Positions 44,289 through 55,036 of a stretch of DNA of 64,000 nt are shown piece after piece. Position numbers and translations under genes: made by a program. The notes below the pieces were generated by a model, which saw nothing but the letters and a program-made list of their open reading frames with translations, was not told the origin of the DNA and did not search any database. The stretch comes from Rebecca billardiae RCC1528 (lineage: Eukaryota > Protista > Haptophyta), in contig OZ251234.1 in the NCBI GenBank assembly GCA_965240325.2, forward strand, positions 558,001 to 622,000, in the 5' to 3' direction. The number at the start of each line of letters is the position of its first letter. Positions within the stretch are counted from its first letter, which is position 1.

Positions 44289-45251
44289 ATGGCGGCCGCC
44301 ATGTGTCGTCGGCGCTGGCTGAGAAACAAGGCGAGTGCGCTCCTCCTCTTGTGTCTCGGCTCGGGAACTCCGGAGTCCACGCCGCGCTCGCCGCGCCGGA
44401 CAAGATGCTCAGCCACACACCTTGCGATGAGCCGCAGGCAGCTTGTGTGCACAGCGACGGCTCTGGCCACGGGCAGCACGGCTGCACCGGCGGCCGTTGC
44501 TGACGTGGAGAGTCGGCGTGGCTCTAATCGCTTCGGCCCCCTCCGCGAGGTCGTCGACCCAGAGTCCTACTCTGCTCTCGTATACTCGCCAGCCGAGAGC
44601 TCTGCGCCCCTGCCACTCCTCCTGGTCCTGCATGGCGCCGGCATGAACGATCAGGACGCGTGGGCCCTCGCTGACCCGCGCGGTGAGCATGCTGGGCTTC
44701 CGCCCAGCTTGCTCGCGTCCGGTAGGGCCCCGCCTGCCCTCGCTCGCAGGTTTGTGATGGCCGCGCCCTACGCAGCGGGAAGGCGCAGCTTCTACGAGGA
44801 GCCGCGCCAAAAGCTCCTCCGCTTCGTCTCGTGGGTGTGCAGCGATGCCGGGCGCGCCGCAGGCTGCCCCCGCATCGATCCGGCACGCATATTCGTGCTC
44901 GGCTTCAGCGATGGGGCCACAGTCGGAGTCGAGCTGCTCACATCCGCGCGTCTCGCCGGCGGGATAATCGCCGCGTACGGCTTCACCGGCGCCTTGCCCC
45001 CACAAGCAGTGGATCAGCTGCACGACAAGCCAGTGTGGGTGTTCCACTCTGCGGATGACGTCATCTTCTCTGTCTCCAACAGCGACCGTCTAGTCAGTAC
45101 GCTGCGCGACGCTGCTGCGCAGCCCAGTGTCGTGCGCTACTCACGCTTCGATGCGGACCAAGAGGGCTTCACTGGCACGGTGCGCGGCCACAGCACCGGC
45201 GTCACTGCGTCCAAGCGCAACGACGTGTATGAGTGGCTGCTCGGCTTCTGA
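44289..45251 (+). CDS. Alpha/beta hydrolase (carboxylesterase / predicted peptidase-like), probably plastid-targeted
   Basis: LLLVLHGAG, nucleophile GFSDG, PVWVFHSADD, GH; N-terminal hydrophobic signal plus Ser/Arg-rich transit-like segment. Confidence 0.85.
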   Translation: MAAAMCRRRWLRNKASALLLLCLGSGTPESTPRSPRRTRCSATHLAMSRRQLVCTATALATGSTAAPAAVADVESRRGSNRFGPLREVVDPESYSALVYSPAESSAPLPLLLVLHGAGMNDQDAWALADPRGEHAGLPPSLLASGRAPPALARRFVMAAPYAAGRRSFYEEPRQKLLRFVSWVCSDAGRAAGCPRIDPARIFVLGFSDGATVGVELLTSARLAGGIIAAYGFTGALPPQAVDQLHDKPVWVFHSADDVIFSVSNSDRLVSTLRDAAAQPSVVRYSRFDADQEGFTGTVRGHSTGVTASKRNDVYEWLLGF

Positions 45252-45750
45252 CCCGCGGCGGCACCCGCGGCGCCACCGCCACCGTTGGCCGGCGCCGCCG
45301 CTTCCACTACGTACAGACTAGCCGGTGCACCCCGACAGGCCAGGTCGAGGGTGTGCGTGCGACAAGTAGTGCCGGTGAGAGTACCCCCACATACGAAGAA
45401 AGAACTCAAAAAGTGATGATGATGCCCATACAGTATTCTTGTCATCATCACTTCATCAGCAGGAGTGCGAAAAGTACCCGCGGTATGACCAAGGGGGTGG
45501 GTACAGCGAATACTCCTCGAGTCCTTCAATGAAAGGCGTGTGACAGGACAGTATTCATTTGTGGGACGATGGTTTGAATGAGGATACTATCGCGCCGTGC
45601 AACGGTAAATATTTTTGAGCTCCCTGTTGATTTTCAAATATGAAATTCGCTCTTCGTGATTGTGGGCGCATCTATTCATTCGAATGCCTCGTTTTTAAGC
45701 TCGCGTAACCGTATATCAAGAGTGTAGCAGGAGAGTAAAGTTTCTGGGCA

Positions 45751-45827
45751 GGCTTCTGGCGTATTCGAACCCACAACCTTGCGACCGCTTTTGAATCAGA
45801 ATCATCGACACACACAAGCTCGAAGCC
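45751..45827 (-). pseudogene. Degenerate tRNA-like sequence (pseudo-tRNA or SINE head)
   Basis: Minus strand, 77 nt: 5' GGCTTC pairs with 3' GAAGCC, and B-box-like GGGTTCGAAT sits at the T-loop position. T-stem, D-arm and anticodon arm do not pair properly. Confidence 0.3.
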
Positions 45828-46156
45828 GCCCCTTCCTAGTTTAGGTTAAGGTTAATAGCGCATCTCATCCCATTGATTTTGGGTACCGTCGTTCCGGTCG
45901 CTTCGAGCTGGATCCACAGTGAAGGGGAAATCTCAGGCGCTCTCCCCATTTTCGTGGTTAGAGATGGTACATCACCGTGATATCACACTAGCCGAGATCG
46001 CGATCTCCCCTCCCTCCCATCGCTTCAGCCCTACCAAATGACGATACACTACTTACAACCTTGTCACCCCCAAACCCCCGCACCACCCAACTCCTACCCC
46101 ACTGTGGACCATCCACCCTCCCCATCATCGCGCCACCTTTCCACCGGCTCGCCGCG

Positions 46157-48688
46157 ATGCAGCTGTCGCCGCGATCGAAGAGGCTGAAGCTCGAGACAGG
46201 GGGTGATAGCAGTGTGCTGCCCATCCCTCCCATCCAAGACGCCGTGCACACGCTGTGCTCGCCGCAGACCGAGAGCGCGGGCCACCAGCGCGCGGCGGCG
46301 CAGGTATACGTGCTCGCGGGCGAGTCCGCCGCCGCGGCTACAGAGGCGCTCGACGCGGGGGCCGCCGAGGCGCTGTGCGCGGTGCTGCGCAACGGACCCG
46401 AGGACGCGAAGCGCAACGCCGCCGCCGCCCTCTACAACCTCGCGCCCACCGCCGAGCTCGCCGCGCGCGCCGCGGAGACGGGTGCGCTCGACGCGCTCGT
46501 CGACGTGCTCACTGACGGGCACGAGGACGCGTCGCAGAACGCGTCGGCGGCGCTGTACCGCTTCGCGCACACGGTCGACCTCGCGTCGTCCATCCTCGAC
46601 GCCGGCGCCGCGCCCGCGCTCGTCCGCATCCTCCACCGCGGTGCCGACGGGCTGCGTCAGCACGCGGCGGCCGCGCTGTACGCACTCGCGCGCGACGGCC
46701 CGCTCGCGCAGCGCGTGATCGGCGCCGGCGCGCCGTGCGCGCTCTTCGAGGTGATGCAGACGTCCTCGACACCCGCCGCGTGCGAGGCCGCGTGCGAGGC
46801 CCTCTGCGCCCTCGTGCGCACGCCCGAGCACGCCGCGCACGTCGTGGACACGGGCGTGGTACCCGGTCTGATCCGCATGCTCGCCTCTGCATGCACGCGC
46901 TCGCAGCGGCTCGCGGCGTGCACGATCTCGGCGCTCGCGGCGGCGGACGAGGGCGGCGCGATCGTCGCGGCGGGTGCCGTGCCCATCGTCGTCGGCGTCC
47001 TGCTCAGCGGCGAGCCGCGCGCGCAGGAGTACGCCGCGTGCGCGCTTTCAAACCTCGCGTCGTCGTTCGGGCCGCGCTCCAATTTCGTGGAGGCGGGCGC
47101 GCTGCCCGCGCTGATCGCCGCGATGCGCTCGGGCACGCCGGTGACGCGGCGCTCGGCGGTGGCCGCGCTGCACCACCTCACGCTGGACACGCCCATCGGC
47201 GTCTTCGCCGTCGGCGCCGGCGCGCTCTCGCCGCTCATCGCCGCGCTCTCGTGCGGCGACCGCGCGACCGAGGAGGCGGCGGCGGGGGTGTCGTACAACC
47301 TCGCGTGCGAGTCTCTCGCGCTCGGCGGCCAGCTGCTCGACGCGGGCATGCTCGAGCCACTGGTGCAGATGCTGTCCGTCGACCGCCACTCCGACGCCGC
47401 GCTCGACCTCGCCGCCGGCGCCATCCTCTCGCTCGCGGGCGAGCCCACGCTGCGCGCGCGCGTGCTCGCGCACTCTGCGACGTTGCTCATCGTGCGCATC
47501 GGCGCGCGCCGCCCGCGCGGCCGCGCGCTCACGCTCATGGACACGCTCATGTCGGACAGCCACGCGCGGCGGCAGATGCTCTCGGCGTTCGGCCGTGAGT
47601 TCGAGGACGCCTCCGCCGAGCTGCGCACGCTCCGCGAGCGCAACCGCCAGCTCGAGGACGCGCACCGCACGCTCGCCGCCGCCGTCGCCGTCGACGACGT
47701 GCCGAGCGCGGCGCACGTGATGAACGACGTCACCTTCCGCTTCAAGGACGGGCGCACGCTCGGCGCGTCCAAGCTGCTGCTCGCGACGGGGTCGGAGTAC
47801 TTCCGCGCGCAGCTGTGCGGGCCGGAGTGCGCCGCGCCGCTCGAGCCGCCCAAGCCCGCCGCCGCCACCAGCCTGACGGTGCGCGCGCCCGCCGCCGCCG
47901 AGGACGCGCAACACGACACGGAGGACACACAGACGGACGAGGAAGACGAGGACGACGTCGCCGCGCACACCGTCGCGCCGCCGCAGCTCCCGCTCGCGGA
48001 GGTCGCGGCGGCCGCCGCGCCCGAGGCGGCGCTGCACAAGACCAAGCTCACCGAGAAGAACCGGCTGCACCGCCGCCGCATGACCATCCCCGCGGGCGAC
48101 TCGCCGCCGCTGCAGCAGCGCTGCCTGCGCGAGGCGGGCGTCGGCGTCGTCCACCCGGACGAGTCCTTCTCGTTCGAGGCCTACCACGAGCTGCTGCGCC
48201 AGCTGCACTCGTCGGGGTTCGAGCCGCTGCCGGAGTCGGCGGCGCTGGTGGTCGAGCTGCACGCGCTCTCGCGCAAGATGGCGCCGATGCCCACCGCCAC
48301 CGCCGTCGTCCGCCTCGAGAGCGCGACGGGCTCGGCCGTCTCGGACGAGCCACCCAAGCCGCTGCCCGACACGCTTGCGCGCGTCGCGACGCAGTGCGAG
48401 CTGCGCATGATCGAGGGGCTGGACATCGACAACTGCCTCGACCTGCTGCTGCACGCGCGCGCGTGCGATGGCGCGCACCGGCTGCTCCGCGCCGCGAGCG
48501 ACTTCGTCCGCCTGCACCTCCGCTCCGTCACCACGCTGCCGCGCTGGCAGTCGTTCTGCGCGCAGCACCCCGCGCTCGCGCTCGAGCTGATGACGGGCGC
48601 GGCCGTCGCCCTCGACGAGGAGCTGCGCACGGCCAACAGCTCGCCGTACCGGCGCAAGCGCAGGAACCCGCCGCCGCGCAGCCGGTGA
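46157..48688 (+). CDS. Armadillo-repeat + BTB/POZ(-BACK-like) protein, paralogue of 9488-11473
   Basis: About 10 diverged ARM repeats (AAAALYNLA, AACALSNLA), coiled coil, NDVTFRFKDGRTLGASKLLLATGSEYF, LDIDNCLDLL; basic motifs at both ends (RSKRLK, RRKRR). Confidence 0.87.
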   Translation: MQLSPRSKRLKLETGGDSSVLPIPPIQDAVHTLCSPQTESAGHQRAAAQVYVLAGESAAAATEALDAGAAEALCAVLRNGPEDAKRNAAAALYNLAPTAELAARAAETGALDALVDVLTDGHEDASQNASAALYRFAHTVDLASSILDAGAAPALVRILHRGADGLRQHAAAALYALARDGPLAQRVIGAGAPCALFEVMQTSSTPAACEAACEALCALVRTPEHAAHVVDTGVVPGLIRMLASACTRSQRLAACTISALAAADEGGAIVAAGAVPIVVGVLLSGEPRAQEYAACALSNLASSFGPRSNFVEAGALPALIAAMRSGTPVTRRSAVAALHHLTLDTPIGVFAVGAGALSPLIAALSCGDRATEEAAAGVSYNLACESLALGGQLLDAGMLEPLVQMLSVDRHSDAALDLAAGAILSLAGEPTLRARVLAHSATLLIVRIGARRPRGRALTLMDTLMSDSHARRQMLSAFGREFEDASAELRTLRERNRQLEDAHRTLAAAVAVDDVPSAAHVMNDVTFRFKDGRTLGASKLLLATGSEYFRAQLCGPECAAPLEPPKPAAATSLTVRAPAAAEDAQHDTEDTQTDEEDEDDVAAHTVAPPQLPLAEVAAAAAPEAALHKTKLTEKNRLHRRRMTIPAGDSPPLQQRCLREAGVGVVHPDESFSFEAYHELLRQLHSSGFEPLPESAALVVELHALSRKMAPMPTATAVVRLESATGSAVSDEPPKPLPDTLARVATQCELRMIEGLDIDNCLDLLLHARACDGAHRLLRAASDFVRLHLRSVTTLPRWQSFCAQHPALALELMTGAAVALDEELRTANSSPYRRKRRNPPPRSR

Positions 48689-48935
48689 GCGTACCTTGAG
48701 GCGCGGCACTGCCCTCCGCCGTGACCCGTCGCACACCCTGCTCACCCGTCCGGGCCGTCGCACGCCAGTCCGTCCACAACCGCCAGCGGCTCATCCGTTG
48801 CCATTGCCAACAGTCCAACACACGCGTCGCCACAGAGCTCGCCCGCTGCGTTCACGTGCTCCGCCCCCACGTGAGCCCGCGCCCCGACTCAGTCGCTTCA
48901 GCAGCACTTGTACAGCGTATACATATATATATATA

Positions 48936-50906
48936 TGATTAAACTTTTCTGAGGATAGCGCACCAGCAATTTCCCTTGACCGCCATCCGGGCCGAAGTGG
49001 CGCAAAATGGCGGTTGCCCCGTTTGGGCGCCCTTCCGCGCCTTCGAGCGGCTCGTGCGCGTCGGAAAGTGCGCCGAAGCGTATCCGGAGCATGCTCCATC
49101 GACGCGTCGCACTGCCGGGCCCTCGCATGCGAGCCCATGCGGACGTCTGAGTGCGCCTCGCTGCGCACGGTACAGCTTGACGGTACACGGCACGATTGGG
49201 CCCGCGAGCAGCCTCGTGCGCGCGACCGAGCCAGAGGTGGTCGTCAAGAGTAGCACGAGCGGCGGCACACGAGCGGGGCTGGTCGTTGCCGAATATCTGA
49301 CGCACCAATCGACCTCGCCCAGCGCTATCTGCTCGTTTGTGCACGTGTTGGAAAGGATGAGCAGCTGCGTGCAAACGCCGAGCGCGCAGATGAGGCGTGG
49401 GCGAGCGAAGGGGCGGCGAGGGCCGGCGCGTGCGCGCGCGTAAATTCGAGCCTCCCCATACGCATCGAAACACACCGCGCTCGCTCGTCGAGCTGCGCAC
49501 GGGTATCGGTGCGCGCGCGCCAACGCGGCGCGCCGTGAACGCGCCCGGCGAATGCACACCTGCTCGCGCGCGCACGCGCACGTGATGGACCGAGGAGGTC
49601 GCGCGAGCATGCGCGATGTGTCTGGATTGAGCGTGTAGGAGGTGTAGGCTGCGCTCCGCACGCGCTCCGCCACCGTGCACCGCGCTGCTCCTCGTCCACG
49701 CGATCGCCGCCGAGCCCAGATTCAAACGCGCGCGAGCCCGCGAGCGCGCCTCCGAGCAGCGCTTGCAGCAATCGTGTCGAAGGCTTGGCGAGAGGCAGAT
49801 GTGCATGGCAAGTAGCGCAATGGGGGTGCCCATCACGCACACACACCCGCGCACGCTCGCCGCACCACCTCGTCGTGCCCACGTTCAGCGCGCGGGGCGC
49901 ACTTTGCGCCTCGAGCAGCTGCCGAGCGGCTCCCGCGCGCGGCGCGCGCAGCGAGTAGAACTCAGCCAATGGTCCGAGGGCGAGCCGGCCGAGCGTCGTG
50001 CGTGACGCACATGGACCTGGTGCAACGCCGCGTACCACTCGCAGCCACCATCGCGCCCGTACCAGCGAGCTGTGGCCGCCGCCGACACCCCAAAGCAGCC
50101 CAGCCGTCAGCGCGCGACAGCCGACGAGCGCGCGACGCGCGCGTGCACCACCGTGATGAGCACGGATGAGCGCGCGCGCCCGTGTCGTAGCTCAGGTGGG
50201 GTCCCCCGATCGCACGCACCACCGCGCTGCCACGCCTTCGACCATCTTGTGTCACCACGCGGGCACACGCCGGGCAGGCGGCGGGGGCAGCCCGCTCGGC
50301 AAACGGTCAGCGCGCAGCGAGGATGGAGTCCGGCGAGGGGCGACCGGAGTGTCCGGCGCGACGGAGGTGGTCCATGCCGTGGTCGCCGACGCGTTCCTCA
50401 CCACCTCCGAGGCCGTGGTGGCCGCCCGGGAGAAGGAATGCTCCCAGTCGCACCCTTTGCAGTGCTCCTTTGCGCGTGCACGCAACGGCGAGGAGCGGAA
50501 GCGTTAGAGGGCACTTTCTGTGCAGTTCAGGCGTTCTTTCCCCAAAATGTAGAATGCGCGGAGAAGTGCCCTCTAACGATTTTCGTGTGCAGCCGTGCCG
50601 CGCGCGCGAGGAAGGCCACATGCGGCTCCTTGCACATCTGCTGCAGATCGGCTTGTGCTCGGCGAGCGCGGCGAGGAGGAAGGTGCGCGCTCGCGAGCTG
50701 GCGCACCTGGGAGTCCTCGCGGCCTCCGAGCAGAAAGAGCGCGTCGAGCGCAACGCCGCAGGTCGCACGGTCGCGATCTCGCGAGAGCGGTGGTGCGAGG
50801 GCGGGCCTCGCCATCGCGCGTTTCTGCGTCCAAACGCGGCCTCCGTAAAATCCGGATGGCGGTCAAGGGATTTTGCTGGTGCGCTATCCTCAGAAAAGTT
50901 TAATCA
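48936..50906. mobile_element. Non-autonomous DNA transposon, 55-bp TIRs, inserted in (TA)n
   Basis: TIR tgattaaacttttctgaggatagcgcaccagcaa..tcccttgaccgccatccgg at 48936-48990 and its reverse complement at 50852-50906 (2 mismatches); TA on both flanks; no transposase motif seen inside. Confidence 0.88.
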
Positions 50907-51039
50907 TATATCGATATATGTATCATGCATTTAAAAATCAATATTATAATATATATATATCTAGCCGCAGATGGTTATATGTTTTTATAATATTTAAGGT
51001 AGTTACTCATATATATATTATTTAATAATATATATAATC

Positions 51040-51064
51040 CTGCCCGTTGCATACCACGTCGTTA
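51040..51064 (+). mobile_element. 25-bp insertion with 10-bp direct flanks (candidate extremely truncated retroelement end)
   Basis: atatataatc at 51030-51039 and 51065-51074; the insert resembles 36237-36262. Confidence 0.45.
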
Positions 51065-51565
51065 ATATATAATCACTATCGCGCGTTGCGCCAGCGCAGA
51101 ACAAATTTTATTAAGTACGTACTAAAACTCATAATAAAAAATACGGACTTCCGCCAGTTCCGGCGGCAGCGATCAGTATTAAATTCGTCGCGCGCGGCAT
51201 AATATTACTTTAATAATCACATCCAACTGGCGGCGCGGCCTTGTGAGTAGTACTGGCCTACGCCGGGGTCCGCAGCGGCGGTCAACGGTGTCGGTGACCG
51301 CACGGCTCGGCCTCAACCAGTCCTCCGAGCTGGCGCCCGGCCGCAGCATTATTATAACTATAAGCGTTGACGCCGAACACGAGCAAGAATAATCGACTCG
51401 CCAGAAGCGGCCGCCACTGTGGGCCAGGCCAGGGGCGAATGGCACAAGCCATCGCCATCCGGGCACCCGCGCCATGGCCAGCCCGCCCTTGGTCGCGCCG
51501 CGCCGAAGCCTGCCGCCGCCTGCTGCCGGCTGAGGCAGCAGGGCACTTGAAGCCGAACTCGGTAA

Positions 51566-52962
51566 CTACCCGAAGACGATGTACTGCGACTTCTGGTTGT
51601 CCTTGATCAGTTCGTTGCGCTTGAGGCCGACGGAGAGTGCCTGCTTGTTCGCGCGCGCTTGGTATCGCCGGTCGCGCTCGTTCTGTCGCCCCGGCCCCGC
51701 CGCGCCCCTCCACGCGCCCACCGCGCCGCCGCGCTGCGGCTGTGCAATCACACCCATCTGCCGATACTGCAGCAGCAGCCGGCCCATCATGGCCTGCTCC
51801 GCCGTCTCAGGCCGCATGCGCTGGTTGTAGTATCGGCGGAGCGAGCGGTGGCCGAGCTCCTTCGTGCCCCCCGCGACGACGAGCGCCGCGTCGTCCGACG
51901 CGCCCGCCGCAGCCGCCGCCGCCAAGCCCACCGCCGGCGCATACACGACCGCCGTGCGCACCGACTGCTGCTCGGCGGCCGCGCCGCCGGCGCCGTCGTC
52001 CATCGGCGCCGCGCCGCTCGCGCGCTCCCCGTCGTCGTCGTCGTCGTCGTCGTCGAGCTCGACCTCCACCCAGAGTGGCGAGTCGTTGGCGAGCGCGTCG
52101 AGATCGTAGAACTCGGCGAACTCGTCCTCGTTCCCCTCCAGCTCGAAGCGGGTAGTGCCCTTGTCGCGCTGCGCGAAGAGAAGGCGGCGCGCGCCGCGGG
52201 GCGCGGCGCGGCGCGAGCGGTGGGCGGCGGCGCGCGCGGGCGCACGCGCGCGCGGCAGTGGACGCGGAGGCGGCGGGGACGCGCACCATGTGCGCCTGCA
52301 CCGCCTCGACCGAGTGGAACTGCTTCCCGTCGAGCAGCGCGGTGCAGCCGATGTACACCTTCTCCTGCAAGTAGCGCAGCAGCCCGGCCATGTCGCGCAC
52401 AAACTCGGCGTGCGGCACGCGAAAGCCGTGCGTGCAGGCCATGTGCTGCAGGTTGGCCTCGAGCGAGTCGGAGACGTGGCTCGAGAAGAGGTCGTTCCCC
52501 GGGCCGAACTTTGGCGCGGACGCGATGCGCGCGTCGATCAGCTCCTCCTCCGACATGGCCGCCGCGCGCCTGTAGAAAGCCGCTTTCGACTTTGGGTGCG
52601 GGGCGGCCTTGTCCGCAGCGCGACCGCCCTGTCGCTCGGCGCGCGCGGCGCGCTTGCCCTTGCCGCTCTCTGCGGCGGCGCTCGCCGCCGCGCTCTGCCG
52701 AGCTTCAAACGCCTCCTTCGTGAGCGGCTTGAGGTTGGCCACCTTGCGCTTCAAGTTGTACCGGTGCCATTCAGTGCTGCGCGCGCGCACGGGCGGCGGC
52801 GGCGGCGGCGCGCAGGCGCGTGAGCGGTGGTGAGGCGCGAGGCGCGGGCGGAGGTTCGAGCCTGCGACCGCGCGCGCGCGCACACCGGTAGTGCGCCTTG
52901 AGCTCCTCGTCGCTCGCAAAGACCTCCCCAGGCGCCGTGTAGGCTGTCAGCCCGTCCGCCAT
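51566..52962 (-). CDS. REI1: Pre-60S maturation factor REI1/ZNF622; introns 52885-52777 and 52286-52169
   Basis: HYRTEWHRYNLKRKVA, NLQHMACTHGFRVP, LLRYLQEKV, SVEAVQAHMRDKG, ELGHRSLRRYYNQ after splicing. Confidence 0.92.
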
Positions 52963-53235
52963 GATTCCGCCGGTTCCGCCCTCCACGCCCGGCCACGCGC
53001 GCAGCCCGTGCCGGTGGAAGAGTCGCGAGGCGGCTGCCACGACGAGAACGAGCGGCGACGTGATGAACGGGACGAGATTTTTTGATGTCCGGGTCCGATC
53101 CGGGCAAGCACTGCAGCCGTCCGGAGAAGATCAGAAGATCAAAGCCCACGACTTCGACACTTCGTGTCTTCGTCCGTGCGAATTTTCAAAGCACGCGTCG
53201 TGCGGCCATCATTGCCACGCGGAATCGTGGCCGTG

Positions 53236-54373
53236 ATGCCCTTCGCCGCAGTGAATGCGGCAACGCTGGACGAGCTGTCGAGCGAAGGCACGCCCTTCTC
53301 GAAGCTGACGGGAAACGCTCTCCTCGACGTCGCCCACGACTTTGGCGTGCGCGACCCCGCGCTGTTGGCAGACGAGGAGTCGCTGCGCTTGCTGGTCGCG
53401 AGCCTCGCAGTCGCGTCGGGCGCGCTCGATGGGGATCGTGCGTGCGCGAGCGCCCACCGCTCGTGCGTCGCTCGTGAAGTGCAGCGCAGGCGGCCTCTCC
53501 GCCCCACCGCCCCCACCCCACGGCTGCCCCTCGCCCCCTGCCTCACGCACGCGCCTCCTCGCGCCGCGCGCCACACGCCACACGCCGTCGCAGCCTCGGC
53601 CGTCACGGCGCCGAGTGTCAAGTGGCACTCGCTGGAATCGGAGACGCGCGGGCTCCTGGTGCTGACCATCCGCTCCAAGGGGCTCCTCCCGCAGTCGACC
53701 GCCGCCGCGCTCAACGTCCTCGCGCAGCCCTCCGTCGTGCGCCGGTACAAGCTGCGCGGCAACCGGTGGACTGAGCCGCCCGCACCCGGGTTTTCCGGCC
53801 TGGGCGCGGCGAGCAACGGGAGCGTGGTGGACGAGGTGGCGGGCGCGGCGGGGAGCGTGGAGGACGAGGACGCCCCGCTCCTCGACGAGGACACGCTCCA
53901 AATCCTCCAGGCCGCCAAGGACGGCTTTGGCGACGACTTTGCGACGCGCTCCACGGGCGAATGGCTCAACGCGCTCGCGGCCGCGTTTGACACGCCGCTG
54001 CCGGAGCGGCCGTGGTACATGTCAGGTGCGCCGCGGGGCGCGGCCAGCCGCGCGCTCGGGCGGTGCGGGCGTTCGCGAGGCCGGCGGGCGCCCGGCCATG
54101 CACGCCCGCAGCGCGCCACCGTCCGTCCAGCCCGCACGTGCTCACAGCGCCCCGCGCCCTCCGCGCGCTGTGCGGGCGCGCATGCGCGCAGGCGGTGCGC
54201 TTTTCGGCGTGGCCGGCATGATCGCGCTGCTGCTGTTCCACGCCTTCATCCTGAAGCGCACGCTGGACCGGCTGAAGCTCTTCGACTCGATGGTGTTTGT
54301 CCTGCCGCTCATCGCGTTCGCCGGCGCCGGCCTCGTCGGTGCCTTTGCAGTGTTCGTGCACAGGTCGGTCTGA
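53236..54373 (+). CDS. Hypothetical protein with two C-terminal TM helices; predicted introns 53438-53593 and 54026-54191
   Basis: Globular-looking exons separated by GTGCG..GCAG introns; last exon hydrophobic (GALFGVAGMIALLLFHAFIL, MVFVLPLIAFAGAGLVGAFAVFV). Confidence 0.7.
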
Positions 54374-55036
54374 CTGGCACTGCCTGGTGCCTGGACGCGG
54401 GTCGCGCGCTGCGGGCGTTGCCGTTGGTGGCGGCCCGCTGGCCGCTGCCCGTCCCGTGGCCGCGCGATCACGACGAGTGTCAACCGCCGGCCCGCCACAG
54501 TCTGGCAGCGCCGGGCCTGATCGGTGGGCCTTTGATGGCATCCGAGACTCCGGCCCTCGGCGTCTGCACAAGGTCAAAGGCACAACCGTCGACGAGCAAC
54601 CGCCAACCGCAACCGGTTACCGAATACCGGTCCGAAGCCCGAACCGGTCAACCGCCCCGCGGCGAACGATCGTCGATCGTCGGTGCCCGCCATCGGCCGC
54701 GTGGCGCGGCGTCGCTCGCGGTCCCCGGCAATCTGTCACTGACTGATGATGCTGATGGCTGATCCGTGATCGGAATCGGTACCGGACCGTGGAACTTTGC
54801 CGGACTGTCCCGCAGGCGGCAGGGACGACTGGCACCGATGTGGCATCATGTGTCATGTGACTCCGGTGTCGGTCGGGTGTCGGGGTGTGACCATTGAATC
54901 CTTGAATCAACAAATCAAGTCATTGTCGGAGTGTTACAGTCTGTGGTACGATACGACTGTAACACGCCGCTTCTGTGTGCGTCTCTTGTAGAGTAAACTG
55001 TCGCGAGCGACGACGGCAGCCCTGACGACTGCGGCG

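Noticed and set aside
45751-45827. Functional tRNA, including tRNA-Sec suggested by a TTCA
   Set aside because: T-stem, D-arm and anticodon stem do not pair, and there is no long variable arm.
45838-45856. Interstitial telomere repeat
   Set aside because: Only ttaggttaaggtta, with no true TTAGGG run.
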